Below are positions 18,575-29,966 of a stretch of 64,000 nucleotides of DNA, one piece after another. The position numbers were made by a program, and so were the translations under genes. Each line of letters begins with the position of its first letter. The stretch's first letter is position 1. The notes under the pieces were generated by a model. That model was not told where the DNA came from and made no database searches. It worked only from the letters and a program-made list of their open reading frames with translations. Location of the stretch: positions 119,270 through 183,269 of the forward strand of contig CAZFKS010000001.1 in the NCBI GenBank assembly GCA_964519725.1, given 5' to 3'. The stretch is from an uncultured Gammaproteobacteria bacterium (GTDB lineage Bacteria; Patescibacteriota; Patescibacteriia; Magasanikbacterales; UBA922).

Positions 18575-19909
18575 TCAGACTCTTCCCTGCAACCAATGCG
18601 AAACCCGCGCATCCATTTTAATATGTCCGGGGACTAAACGGCGTTTTAAAGTGAGCCCCGCGAGTGAGGTACAGCGCGATAGCGCCACATATAATTGACC
18701 AGGCGCAAACGTACCACGTCCAATATCCAAAATCACTTTGTCAAAAGTTTTTCCCTGCGCTTTGTGAATGGTCACGGCCCAGGCCAACTTCAGCGGGTAC
18801 TGGGTGAATGAGCCGATCGTTTCGGTATCAATTGCACCGCGACCGGGGTCAAAGCGGAACTCAAACATGTCCCAGGTGTGCGGAAAAATATCCACGGTTT
18901 CGCCAGTTTGTAGTTCTACCCAAATTGGCGCGGGGTGACCAGCCTCAACCACACCAATATCCACTACTGTTCCAACCGTACCATTAACCCAACGACCACC
19001 GCGATCATTGTTCATAAGCATGACTTGGGCCCCGATTTTTAGGGCCAAGAATTCTTCGGTCGGACACGCTTTGGTATCAAACTTACCTTCAGTTTCACCT
19101 TCAAATAAAAATTCTTTTCCTTGTAGTGCCTTTAAATGGGACTCATTTATTTCACTAGCCATGGCATTGGTAGTGACTAAATGAATCGCTTTGGCCGTTG
19201 GGTCACCTAACCAATCCGGGTCATACTGTTTATTAAGCCGCACCCAGTGTTCTGGTTTCGTGGTGTTTTCGCGTACCGCGTTTAAAAGGCCAATAAATTC
19301 CGCATCATTTTGGCGATAAATTTTTTCTAATTCAATTACTTGAAAGCGAAATTGTTCACCTAAATTAAATAATTGCGCGGGCGGTGAAATTACGTGCGCT
19401 GAGAAAAAATATGGCGTCGTGTAATGTTCAGCAAAAATTGCCAAGTCACTACTTGGCACAATTGGCGGCAATTGGTACAGGTCACCAATAAAAATCATTT
19501 GCACCCCACCAAATGGCTGGTATTTATCTGGCCCAAACCGACGCAAAAAAGTGTCCACACAATCAAGTAGGTCAGCCCGCACCATGGAAATTTCATCAAT
19601 CACCAAAGTTTCCAATTTTTTATACAAATCCAAATCTTCTGGTGGTTTAAGTTTGCGCACTTTACTAACCGTAATATCTGGTTTAAAACCAAAAAATGAG
19701 TGGATAGTTTGTCCACCAACATTTACCGCGGCCACGCCAGTGGGGGCTAAAATGGCCTTTTTCTTTTTGGTGTTTTCGCGCCAATGCGTGAGCAAGGTTG
19801 ATTTTCCAGTGCCTGCCCGCCCAGTTAAAAAAACACTTTGGCTCGTGTTTTCAATTAAGTCTAGTGCGGCAGTAAACCCGGGGTTTAAATCAAGATTTAT
19901 TTTGGCCAT
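18575..19909 (-). CDS. Pif1/RecD-family (AAA_30) helicase
   Basis: Walker A TGRAGTGKST, Walker B LVIDEISM, motif VI-like TIHKAQGKTFDKV. 444 aa. Confidence 0.75.
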   Translation of the reverse strand: MAKINLDLNPGFTAALDLIENTSQSVFLTGRAGTGKSTLLTHWRENTKKKKAILAPTGVAAVNVGGQTIHSFFGFKPDITVSKVRKLKPPEDLDLYKKLETLVIDEISMVRADLLDCVDTFLRRFGPDKYQPFGGVQMIFIGDLYQLPPIVPSSDLAIFAEHYTTPYFFSAHVISPPAQLFNLGEQFRFQVIELEKIYRQNDAEFIGLLNAVRENTTKPEHWVRLNKQYDPDWLGDPTAKAIHLVTTNAMASEINESHLKALQGKEFLFEGETEGKFDTKACPTEEFLALKIGAQVMLMNNDRGGRWVNGTVGTVVDIGVVEAGHPAPIWVELQTGETVDIFPHTWDMFEFRFDPGRGAIDTETIGSFTQYPLKLAWAVTIHKAQGKTFDKVILDIGRGTFAPGQLYVALSRCTSLAGLTLKRRLVPGHIKMDARVSHWLQGRV

Positions 19910-19911
19910 AT

Positions 19912-21060
19912 TTATTTTAATTTTTGCAGGGCCGCATCAACAAATCCAAACCCAAGGGTATTAAGCGCCACTTCATTGGTTTCAATCATAATAATATCTT
20001 TGCTGAAAAAATCTCGCTCCCAATCAATCTGTTCACGAGCGTTTGGTTCAATTGGGCCAGGATAATGTCGTTTTGACTCAAAATAATAATACACATTTAA
20101 ATCCTGATACAGTTTCACAGAATTTTGCACTTCAGAAATAGTCCAAACAAAACTATCACCAATGGCGGCCACAGTTGGTCTAAACGCATCTTTGGGGCCA
20201 GTGGTTTTAAGCAGTGGGTGTGGGGTTGCGCCATTAGTCACTGTGTTATCCCACAAATTCATGAGGTCAGCGAGGTCACGATCAGTTCCAATTGGTTCAT
20301 TATCCACGACAGGTGGATCACACACCAAGTGCACCAGTGGTTTTTGTAGTTTTTGTTCCATGGCCTGCATGATTTTTTCTTGCACAATGCACGCAGCGTA
20401 ATAATTCCAGTGCGTGCCACCATGCGCAAACAGTAAATTTGGATTAGTTTTCTTTTCGGTCAGTAAAATTTCCGTACCGTCAATAACCGTAATTCCAGCC
20501 TGTTTTAACAAGGGTTTAATGCGTTCATAATCCGTCGCTGGTGTGCCTGGTTGTTTAACTGCAAACTGCCCAGGCAAATATTCTGGGTACACACTCGCCT
20601 TACTTGGAGCTAGCACAACAATAAGTGGGACACCGCGCGCCGCGAGCTTGGTTTGCAAAGCCACCAGGTCAGTCACTTCATTTTTGAGTAAGGCATAGGG
20701 CGCGGCGTTGCGACCATGATAATGATTAATATACCCTTTTTCATAGAGCATATTATTTTGACCATACACAATTTTAACATTGCCCCCAGCAGAAATTTCG
20801 CGGAACAAATTGAAATTAAGTTGGTTCACGGTTTTAATAAGTGCCCCACGAAAACCTAGGTGCTGATTCCACCACTGTTCTAATTGGGTCTGAAACTCCC
20901 CTGTTTTCCAGGTGTTGAGAGAAAATTTTGGCCGTGAAATTTCCACCACTGTGCCGGCTAATTTTTCTTCTGGCGCAAATTTAAACAATAGTTGTGCGGA
21001 CGGTAGGACGCAAGCCAGGAAGAAAATTAAGAGAAAAATAACATTAAACGCGCGTTTCAT
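19912..21060 (-). CDS. AlgX/AlgJ/DltD-like (SGNH-type) partner of the MBOAT O-acyltransferase
   Basis: N-terminal TM anchor then a 350-aa extracytoplasmic domain. Immediately downstream (2-nt gap) of the MBOAT gene, as in alginate/teichoic-acid O-acylation pairs. Confidence 0.5.
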   Translation of the reverse strand: MKRAFNVIFLLIFFLACVLPSAQLLFKFAPEEKLAGTVVEISRPKFSLNTWKTGEFQTQLEQWWNQHLGFRGALIKTVNQLNFNLFREISAGGNVKIVYGQNNMLYEKGYINHYHGRNAAPYALLKNEVTDLVALQTKLAARGVPLIVVLAPSKASVYPEYLPGQFAVKQPGTPATDYERIKPLLKQAGITVIDGTEILLTEKKTNPNLLFAHGGTHWNYYAACIVQEKIMQAMEQKLQKPLVHLVCDPPVVDNEPIGTDRDLADLMNLWDNTVTNGATPHPLLKTTGPKDAFRPTVAAIGDSFVWTISEVQNSVKLYQDLNVYYYFESKRHYPGPIEPNAREQIDWERDFFSKDIIMIETNEVALNTLGFGFVDAALQKLK

Positions 21061-21061
21061 A

Positions 21062-22498
21062 CTAGAACCGGAAGTAAATAAACGGATTAAACTCAGCGTT
21101 TACTAAATATAAAATCGCGAGCCCCGCAATAATCAGGGCACAGACTGAACTCACAAAAATCGTACCAGTTTTATGGAGTCGCGCTTCGCCCGAACACATC
21201 AGTTCGTCCCAGGCAGAAAAAGCCGGTAAAAAACTGAGCACCAAAGCCACAATTAACGTAATGTATGTACGTGCATTAATCACATCAGCAAAAAAGAGCG
21301 CGCCAGGTACAGGTGTATGCGCGTGCCCAAACATGACACCAATAAATTGCACGGCGCCAGTAATTGTTTCACTCCGGAAAAACACCCAACCAATTTGCAC
21401 CAGTAAAAAGGTCGCTAGGATATTAATAAATTTTGGTACACGCTTGGTAAGTTTAGCCAGGCCCGCTTTATCAAGCACAATAAATAAACCGTGATACAAA
21501 CCCCAGACCAAAAAAGTCCAGTTAGCGCCGTGCCAAATTCCAGACAAGGCAAAAACAATGACCAAATTTAAGTACGCACGCCAGGCGGCCACCCGATTGC
21601 CCCCGAGCGGAATGTACACGTATTCGCGCATAAAGCGCGACAGTGAAATGTGCCAACGCCGCCAAAAATCCGTAAAATTCTGGGCAATATACGGGTGGTC
21701 AAAATTTTCCATCCACTTAAACCCAAGCATCCGGCCAAGGCCAATGGCCATATCAGAATAACCAGAAAAATCAAAAAATAATTGGAGGGTGTAACACAAA
21801 ATTCCCAGCCAGGCAAAACTTGGTTGCAAGGCATAATTTGGTAAGCCAAAAATACTGTCAGCCACCACCCCAAGTGGATTGGCGAGCAAAACTTTTTTAC
21901 CCAGACCAAAACAAAAGCGCCGCAACCCATACCCAATTTCTGTGAGTGATAGCCGCCGGGTGTGGAGCTGATCAGCCACATCATGGTACCGGATAATTGG
22001 CCCGGCAATTAATTGCGGGAAAATTAAAATGTATAGCAAAAATTCACCCAGATTTTTGGCTGGTTTGGCAGTACCGCGGTACACATCAACCGTGTAACTA
22101 ATTTTATGAAAGGTAAAAAAGGAAATTCCAATTGGCAAAACGACTTTGGTCCAGGCTAGCGCCGCAATTCCAAAATACTGCAGACCAGCGTTAAATTGCT
22201 CAACAAAAAAATTCGCGTATTTGAAATACCCGAGCAAAACTAAATTTAAAACCAGAGACGCAATTAAGAGCCCCTTACGCTTTGAATGATTTTTTGCCTG
22301 ATCAATCCCCTGACTTAAGACAAAATCTAAAACACAACTAACCAAAAGTACCGCCGCAAAAGTCGGCGCACCCCAGCAGTAAAACAAAAGGCTCCCAGCC
22401 AAGGCCACCGCATTCCGAAACCGAGCCGGGGTCAGATAATAGATGACAAAAAAAGCCGGGAAAAACCCAAATAAAAACAGAAGTGAACTAAATACCAT
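21062..22498 (-). CDS. MBOAT-family membrane-bound O-acyltransferase (AlgI/DltB-like)
   Basis: 478 aa polytopic. N-terminus FFPAFFVIYY...LLFYCWGAP and a conserved His region (WHISLSRFMREYVYIPLGGNR) typical of MBOAT. Confidence 0.85.
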   Translation of the reverse strand: MVFSSLLFLFGFFPAFFVIYYLTPARFRNAVALAGSLLFYCWGAPTFAAVLLVSCVLDFVLSQGIDQAKNHSKRKGLLIASLVLNLVLLGYFKYANFFVEQFNAGLQYFGIAALAWTKVVLPIGISFFTFHKISYTVDVYRGTAKPAKNLGEFLLYILIFPQLIAGPIIRYHDVADQLHTRRLSLTEIGYGLRRFCFGLGKKVLLANPLGVVADSIFGLPNYALQPSFAWLGILCYTLQLFFDFSGYSDMAIGLGRMLGFKWMENFDHPYIAQNFTDFWRRWHISLSRFMREYVYIPLGGNRVAAWRAYLNLVIVFALSGIWHGANWTFLVWGLYHGLFIVLDKAGLAKLTKRVPKFINILATFLLVQIGWVFFRSETITGAVQFIGVMFGHAHTPVPGALFFADVINARTYITLIVALVLSFLPAFSAWDELMCSGEARLHKTGTIFVSSVCALIIAGLAILYLVNAEFNPFIYFRF

Positions 22499-22521
22499 AG
22501 GTGGTATTTAGTATACCAAAT

Positions 22522-24312
22522 TTAGCCTTTCCGACCAGCGCGCACGCGGTCAGATTCTTTGAGGTATTGTTTACGGAGACGGACGCTTTCTGGAGTAATT
22601 TCCAAGTATTCATCCTCGGCCATAATTTCAAGGCCGCGTTCCAAAGTCAGATCAAGTGGTGGGATCAGGAGAAGAGCGTCATCAGTACCAGAAGCGCGCA
22701 TGTTGGTGAGTTGTTTACCCTTAATTGGGTTAACCACCATGTCTTGGCCTTTACTAACATTACCAATGACCATACCTTCGTACACTTCAGTATTCGCCCC
22801 AATGTACAAAGTACCACGGTCTTGGAGGTTAAAGAGTGAGTAACCAAGCGCTTTACCAGTTTCCATTGAAACCATTGAGCCAACATCACGTTTTTCAATC
22901 TCACCAGCAAATGGACGGAAATCAAGCACGCGTGAGCACAAAATCCCTTCACCGCGAGTGTCCATCACAAATTGGCCGCGGTAACCCAGTAAACCACGAG
23001 TTGGGATTTCAAAAATCATCCGAGTTTGACCATCAGCTTGGCGCATGTCTACCATGCGGCCTTTGCGTTTACCTAATTTTTCAATCACGGTTCCAGCAAA
23101 TTCATCAGGCACATCAACGGTGGCTTCTTCGTATGGTTCAGATTTTACCCCATCAATGTCTTTGATAATTACTTGTGGTTGTGAAACTTGAATTTCAAAA
23201 CCTTCGCGGCGCATGTTTTCGAGTAAAATCGCAACGTGGAGTTCGCCGCGACCAAAAACTTTATAGTGATCAGACTCAGAAAAATCAATTTTTAAACCCA
23301 CGTTAACTTCCAGTTCTTTTTCCAAACGTTCGCGGATCTGACTGTTAGTTACAAACTTACCTTCTTGACCAGCAAATGGTGAAGAGTTCACCAAAAAGTT
23401 CAAAGAAATAGTTGGTTCATCAACCCGGATGGCTGGGAGTGGTTCTTGGTCAGCGTTATTACAAATAGTTTCCCCAATATCAATGTCAGCGACCCCAGCA
23501 ATCATGGCAATATCACCGGCACTGGCCTCGGTATCTTCGATCCGTTCCATGCCTTTGAAAGTAAAAATTTTGGTAATTGAACCAGGACGAGTTTCACCAG
23601 TTGGTTTTTTAACAATTACTTTGTCACCAACTCTAATGGTCCCTTCGTACACCCGACCAACTGCTAAGCGGCCAACATAATTGTCATAACCCAAATTAAA
23701 CGGCTGCATTCGGAATGGTGCTGTCACATTGTTTGGTGCTGGTGGAACCAGTTTCAAAACCGTATCAAGAAGTGGAGTCAGGTCTTTAGCTTCGTCTTCC
23801 ATTTTAAGTTTAGCCACACCTTGACGCCCAATTGCGTACACAGTAGTGAAATCAAGCTGGGCATCATTGGCGCCGAGATCCATGAAGAGTTCTAACACTT
23901 GATCATGAGCGCGAACAACGTCAGCGGCCGGCTTATCGATTTTATTCAAAACCACAATTGGCTTAAGGCCAAGTTCAAGAGATTTTTTCAAAACAAATTT
24001 GGTTTGTGGCATTGGACCTTCCTGGGCATCCACAATCAAAAGCACTGAGTCAATTGACCGAAGCACGCGCTCAACTTCAGAACCAAAATCCGCGTGACCT
24101 GGGGTGTCCACAATGTTAATTTTTGTGTCTTTATAATAGACACTAGCATTTTTCGAGTAAATCGTAATACCACGCTCCCGTTCCAGGGCGTTTGAGTCCA
24201 TTGAGGCTTGAGACTCTTCTGACACCATCCCGGTTTGGCGCATAATCGCGTCAGTCAGGGTGGTTTTACCATGGTCTACGTGGGCAATAATCGCAATATT
24301 TCGGATTTCCAT
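22522..24312 (-). CDS. typA: translational GTPase TypA/BipA
   Basis: [29 protein letters not shown]-motifs. 596 aa with EF-G-like domains. Confidence 0.9.
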   Translation of the reverse strand: MEIRNIAIIAHVDHGKTTLTDAIMRQTGMVSEESQASMDSNALERERGITIYSKNASVYYKDTKINIVDTPGHADFGSEVERVLRSIDSVLLIVDAQEGPMPQTKFVLKKSLELGLKPIVVLNKIDKPAADVVRAHDQVLELFMDLGANDAQLDFTTVYAIGRQGVAKLKMEDEAKDLTPLLDTVLKLVPPAPNNVTAPFRMQPFNLGYDNYVGRLAVGRVYEGTIRVGDKVIVKKPTGETRPGSITKIFTFKGMERIEDTEASAGDIAMIAGVADIDIGETICNNADQEPLPAIRVDEPTISLNFLVNSSPFAGQEGKFVTNSQIRERLEKELEVNVGLKIDFSESDHYKVFGRGELHVAILLENMRREGFEIQVSQPQVIIKDIDGVKSEPYEEATVDVPDEFAGTVIEKLGKRKGRMVDMRQADGQTRMIFEIPTRGLLGYRGQFVMDTRGEGILCSRVLDFRPFAGEIEKRDVGSMVSMETGKALGYSLFNLQDRGTLYIGANTEVYEGMVIGNVSKGQDMVVNPIKGKQLTNMRASGTDDALLLIPPLDLTLERGLEIMAEDEYLEITPESVRLRKQYLKESDRVRAGRKG

Positions 24313-24377
24313 AGGAAGATAAGAATGCGCGGATTATACGCATTTTTAGCCATTTTGTCAATGGTTTGATCTACCTC

Positions 24378-24680
24378 CTAGGAATGGACCCGCATGTGCT
24401 CCTTAACCAGGCTCATTTCCCGTTGAAATTCCTCTTTGGTGACCATAGTATTGGCCATTTCCCCAACCGCCTCAAAGAGGTCAGAGACATTGGTTTTGAT
24501 CTCGGACATTTCCTGTTTTAACGCCCGGATGTCCCTTCTAAATTCTTTACTCTCTTGCTTTAGGCCGGTAGTTTCCCCTTTCACCCCAGCCATATCTTGC
24601 TTTAAAATTGAGATGTCCTTTTTCATCTCCAAAAAATCACTTTGCATTTGAATTAAAATTTGCAAAATTTGTGCCTCCAT
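24378..24680 (-). CDS. hypothetical coiled-coil protein with internal heptad-like repeats
   Basis: 100 aa. Repeated LKQDM/LKQEM segments. No enzymatic motif. Confidence 0.35.
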   Translation of the reverse strand: MEAQILQILIQMQSDFLEMKKDISILKQDMAGVKGETTGLKQESKEFRRDIRALKQEMSEIKTNVSDLFEAVGEMANTMVTKEEFQREMSLVKEHMRVHS

Positions 24681-24806
24681 ATTTTTTATTTAAAAATAAT
24701 TGCGCCCTATATTTAAATTACAAGAAAATAATTGTTCAGTCAAAGTTGGCTAAACAAAGATGAAAAAACCACTTATCCAGGGGTCGTGTGTAAAAACTGT
24801 GGAAAT

Positions 24807-25463
24807 TTAAACTGTGAATGGTACGTTATTTTCTACTGCAACCAACCGTATTCCATCAGGTGAAAGTAGCGCGTCAGCATTTTTGTAATACGAACCAGGA
24901 AATTTCAACATCCTATCGTGGACTGGAAAATATTGACTTGGTTTTACAGCCTTGGCAAAGTCTACTGTCTCAGCCAATTTTGCCCACGGCGCGCAAATTG
25001 GCAGGGCCAAAATTTCAATTGGTCTGTTGGGCAGCGCAAAAGAATCACCAGGGTAATACAATTTATCCGCAAAAATAAAACCCGTGTTTGGAATATCACT
25101 TTTAGCATAACCCGGATAAATGGGCGCGTGTTTTTCTCCAACGGCTTCCACTGAAATATCTTTAACCTGAATTATTCCACTCGAAAATTCCGTCCAATTA
25201 ATCTTATTTTCAGTCAGCCCTTTCCCCACTCCTGAATTAGTGTAAATTTTCATCGTCGGATTATTTTGCACGAGGCCTTTAATTTTTTCTAGGTCAGTGT
25301 GGTCTTGATGTTCATGCGACAAAAACAGAGCATCAATATTTTTGAGCTCTGAAAGATCTTCTGACCAACTGCCTGGGTCAACTAATAATCTCACACCCTG
25401 CTTTTCTATCAAAAGACAAGAGTGACCTAATTTTGTGATTTGCATATCTATTATATATACCAC
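24807..25463 (-). CDS. MBL-fold metallo-hydrolase
   Basis: HxHxDH motif LFLSHEHQDHTD plus downstream His/Asp residues. Confidence 0.8.
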   Translation of the reverse strand: MVYIIDMQITKLGHSCLLIEKQGVRLLVDPGSWSEDLSELKNIDALFLSHEHQDHTDLEKIKGLVQNNPTMKIYTNSGVGKGLTENKINWTEFSSGIIQVKDISVEAVGEKHAPIYPGYAKSDIPNTGFIFADKLYYPGDSFALPNRPIEILALPICAPWAKLAETVDFAKAVKPSQYFPVHDRMLKFPGSYYKNADALLSPDGIRLVAVENNVPFTV

Positions 25464-25508
25464 TCTTTAAACTAAGTGGCAATGTGTGTATAAACCTCAA
25501 AATAGCCC

Positions 25509-25536
25509 TTGCATTATCAATTTCAAGTCTTATAAT
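25509..25536 (+). promoter_or_regulatory. sigma70-like promoter (TTGCAT-16-TATAAT) for the SET-domain gene
   Basis: ttgcat tatcaatttcaagtct tataat, 14 nt upstream of ATG 25551. Confidence 0.45.
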
Positions 25537-25550
25537 AATGTCGTCTGCGT

Positions 25551-26099
25551 ATGAATTACCACCCGTCAATTCAATTAAAGGAGACTGTTTTTGGAAAAAG
25601 CATTTTCACCAGTTCTGACCTACGTCCTGGGACTTTTTTGATTGAAATGACTGGTCAAACTTTTCGCCTAGAAGATATTCCCCCTCTTAGCGAACGCCAG
25701 ATTATGGATCACTATATTCAGTGTTCAGATGATCTCTTTCTTGGCCCCTCTGGTTTATTTGACGATTATTTTAACCACTCTTGCGACCCAAACGCTGGTC
25801 TTTTTTTTAATAATGGCCGAATTTTGGTTAAAACCATAAAACGTGTGCCAGCTAATACAGAAATTTGTTTTGATTACTCCACCGTCATGACCATTGACCC
25901 TCTTGTCATGCAGTGCTCATGTCGATCAAAACTTTGCCGAGGTGAGGTTTTACATTTTCGCACCTTACCAGAACGAACCCGCAATCGCTATATCGCACTT
26001 GGTATTGTGCCGCAATTTTCCATTGCGTCATGTGCTGTTTCAAATAAAAAAGTCAGCCAAAAAATATCACTTTTTCAGCCGACTTTAGTGACTGCCTAG
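25551..26099 (+). CDS. SET-domain protein (putative protein-lysine methyltransferase) with post-SET Cys cluster
   Basis: NHSCDPN and ICFDY SET signature motifs. Post-SET C-x-C-x4-C (CSCRSKLC). Confidence 0.8.
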   Translation: MNYHPSIQLKETVFGKSIFTSSDLRPGTFLIEMTGQTFRLEDIPPLSERQIMDHYIQCSDDLFLGPSGLFDDYFNHSCDPNAGLFFNNGRILVKTIKRVPANTEICFDYSTVMTIDPLVMQCSCRSKLCRGEVLHFRTLPERTRNRYIALGIVPQFSIASCAVSNKKVSQKISLFQPTLVTA

Positions 26100-26100
26100 T

Positions 26101-27852
26101 TTAGATTTTTTCAGAAATAAAACCACCAACTTGTAATTCCCACAATTTGCGGTACAGGCCGCCGTTTTTGGTAATTAATTCTGCGTGCGAGCCAGTTTCT
26201 TGTACCTCACCATTATCCACGACAATAATGCGATCCATACGCATAATGGTTGACAGGCGGTGGGCAATCACAACAACAGTTTTACCGGCCATTAATTTAT
26301 CCAGGGCATCTTGAATCATGCGTTCAGATTCTGAGTCGAGACTTGAGGTTGCTTCATCGAGTAGTAAAATTGGCGCGTTGCGCAAAATCGCGCGCGCAAT
26401 GGCCACGCGTTGGCGCTCACCACCAGACAATTTTACCCCGCGCTCGCCCACCAAAGTATTGTACTTGTCAGGCAAAGATTCAATAAATTCATGACAATGG
26501 GCACGCTTGGCCGCTTCAACCACCTCGGCTTCAGTGGCCTCTGGTCGCGCGTAGCGAATATTATCGAGGAGTGACCGGTGAAATAAGACTGGATCTTGCG
26601 GCACATAACTCATTGTTTGCCACAAACTTTCTTGCGTAATTGTTTTAATGTCTTGGCCACCAATTTTTACCGCCCCTGACAGCGTGTCATATTGGCGCAT
26701 AATTAATTTGAGGAGGGTCGATTTTCCAGCGCCACTTGGACCAACTAGAGCCACACGCTCCCCGGCTTTAATTTCCAAACTTAGACCATGAATAAGTGGT
26801 TTTACTTTGTCATAACCAAAGCGCACATTTTCCCACTCAATCGTGGCCGGCGCAGTTTGCCAGTCTTTGGCATTTTTCGCATCCTGAATTGCGTGCGGAG
26901 TTTCGAGAATCTCGGTCATTTCATTGGCATAGGCCATGTCCGTGTACGTGTCACGAATCAACCGACCCAGGTCCCAAATGCGGAGGAATAAAGTCAGCAA
27001 ATACGCCTGGATCAACGCAAAGTCACCCAGAGTGATTAAACCTTTTTTCCATAACACCAAAGCCGCACCCATTAATCCAATTTCGAGCGCGTGCATTAAA
27101 ATTGCTTGACCAGCATCAAACCAACCATCTAGATTATAGGCTCGCCATTGGGCCTTACTTACCTCTTCATTACCGTTGGCATAATCAGCCACTTCCCGAC
27201 CATAACCATTGAAAAATTTAAGGGCTGATTGGTTGGTAATAGTGTCAGCTAAACGCGCTGTTTGTTTGGATTCTTTTTCACTACGGTCTAAATCAAGTGG
27301 CATTTTCTTGCGAATCAACCAATAATTTAAAGTACCAAAAATCACAAACCACACTGACATGATCAGTGGTAAATACCAACTGCGAGTAGCTAAGATTACC
27401 AAGATAAAAACAATCGTAATTAAAATTTGCGAAAAATTCCAAATTACACGGTCAGAAATATTAGCAAAAGCACCCACATAACGATTCACCCGCTTAACCA
27501 GTGCCCCCACAAAATTACTATTGAAAAAATTTACTGAGTGTTTATGCAAATACTGAAAACAAAAATTATCAATATCGGCTAATAATTTTGGCTGAAGCTT
27601 AATCCAAATAAAGGCCGCTGTGCGCCACAATACCCAGTCGAGTAAATAAAAGAGGCCAGTCAGGGCTAAAATCTGAAACAAAGCCCGCATCTCGAGACCA
27701 GTATTCAGGCCATCAAATAAACGCTTGTAGTAGAGGGGTGGTACTAAGTTTACAAAATTAGCCACCACCGCGGTTACAATCACAACAAAAACCAGCTTCC
27801 GCTTTTTGGCAAAGCACCAGTAAGTTTTGAGGGTAGTTTTTGTGTAATTCAT
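26101..27852 (-). CDS. ABC transporter, fused permease/ATP-binding (MsbA-like exporter, no peptidase domain)
   Basis: Six N-terminal TM helices. Walker A GPSGAGKST, signature LSGGERQRVAIARA, Walker B LLLDEATS. Confidence 0.9.
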   Translation of the reverse strand: MNYTKTTLKTYWCFAKKRKLVFVVIVTAVVANFVNLVPPLYYKRLFDGLNTGLEMRALFQILALTGLFYLLDWVLWRTAAFIWIKLQPKLLADIDNFCFQYLHKHSVNFFNSNFVGALVKRVNRYVGAFANISDRVIWNFSQILITIVFILVILATRSWYLPLIMSVWFVIFGTLNYWLIRKKMPLDLDRSEKESKQTARLADTITNQSALKFFNGYGREVADYANGNEEVSKAQWRAYNLDGWFDAGQAILMHALEIGLMGAALVLWKKGLITLGDFALIQAYLLTLFLRIWDLGRLIRDTYTDMAYANEMTEILETPHAIQDAKNAKDWQTAPATIEWENVRFGYDKVKPLIHGLSLEIKAGERVALVGPSGAGKSTLLKLIMRQYDTLSGAVKIGGQDIKTITQESLWQTMSYVPQDPVLFHRSLLDNIRYARPEATEAEVVEAAKRAHCHEFIESLPDKYNTLVGERGVKLSGGERQRVAIARAILRNAPILLLDEATSSLDSESERMIQDALDKLMAGKTVVVIAHRLSTIMRMDRIIVVDNGEVQETGSHAELITKNGGLYRKLWELQVGGFISEKI

Positions 27853-27865
27853 ATTTTAGATAAAA

Positions 27866-27888
27866 AAACCGCAGGTTGACTGCGGTTT
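27866..27888 (-). terminator. Rho-independent terminator between the Cys-rich micro-ORF and the ABC transporter gene
   Basis: Perfect 9-bp stem aaaccgcag/ctgcggttt with loop gttga. A 7-T run follows on the minus strand. Confidence 0.5.
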
Positions 27889-27893
27889 AAGGT

Positions 27894-28016
27894 TTATTCA
27901 TCGTCTGAGCCAAAGCCATCGTAGCTCATTTTGCAGCCACAACAGGACTCACAGGTGTTGCAGTCAGGGCACACCATGTCTTCGATCACTGATTTTGTGC
28001 AATTATCGCAGTTCAT
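27894..28016 (-). CDS. 40-aa Cys-rich micro-protein (8 Cys; mini zinc-ribbon/metal-binding-like), not in the ORF table (<60 aa)
   Basis: Minus-strand ATG 28014-28016 to TAA 27894-27896 gives MNCDNCTKSVIEDMVCPDCNTCESCCGCKMSYDGFGSDDE. It has its own consensus promoter and a terminator on each side. Confidence 0.45.
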   Translation of the reverse strand: MNCDNCTKSVIEDMVCPDCNTCESCCGCKMSYDGFGSDDE

Positions 28017-28028
28017 AAGGGTTTATTT

Positions 28029-28057
28029 AGTGCGCGGATTATACCAGCCAAACCCCA
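28029..28057 (-). promoter_or_regulatory. perfect consensus sigma70 promoter TTGACA-17-TATAAT driving the Cys-rich micro-ORF
   Basis: Minus strand reads ttgaca ttttggggtttggctgg tataat, with the ATG 13 nt downstream. Confidence 0.5.
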
Positions 28058-28084
28058 AAATGTCAATAAGCCTTCGGGGCAATA

Positions 28085-28116
28085 ATAAAAAACTCGGTCT
28101 ATAGCCGAGTTTTTTA
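28085..28116 (-). terminator. Rho-independent terminator ending the ATP synthase operon (after atpC)
   Basis: aaaaaactcgg-tctatag-ccgagtttttt. GC stem flanked by A and T runs. Confidence 0.55.
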
Positions 28117-28119
28117 TTA

Positions 28120-28551
28120 TTAATTTTGAATTTTGCCAATATCGCGGTACTTTTTACCAACCCTGAGACGTGCCAATTCTTTTTCCATTTTGGCAATAAT
28201 CAGGGCGTATTCCTCTTCTTCCAAGGTTTGTTTTTGACTCATGAGTTCCACGGCGCGGGCGCGGGCCGCTTCGGCGCGAGCGACATCAATGTGTTCAGCC
28301 CGTTCAGCAGTTTCAGCGAGCACATACACCACACTGTTTGGGCGAATTTCCACTACCCCGCCAGACACAGCCAGGTCAGTTTCTACTCCGCCTTTTTTTA
28401 CCCGAAGTTCACCAGCTTCAACCAGTGAAACCAATGGTACATGGTGTGGCAACACAGTGATTTCACCGGTAGTAGTAGGAATACTAACCGAGTCAGCCGT
28501 ACTATCGTAGGCAACTCCGTCAGGGGTAACAATTTTTACAGTTAATTCCAT
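28120..28551 (-). CDS. atpC: F0F1 ATP synthase subunit epsilon
   Basis: 143 aa. Position after atpD. N-terminal beta-sandwich plus C-terminal helices (LEEEEYALIIAKMEKELARL). Confidence 0.85.
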   Translation of the reverse strand: MELTVKIVTPDGVAYDSTADSVSIPTTTGEITVLPHHVPLVSLVEAGELRVKKGGVETDLAVSGGVVEIRPNSVVYVLAETAERAEHIDVARAEAARARAVELMSQKQTLEEEEYALIIAKMEKELARLRVGKKYRDIGKIQN

Positions 28552-28560
28552 AGAGGAATA

Positions 28561-29955
<1,395 letters not shown>

Positions 29956-29966
29956 TTAATTACAAA

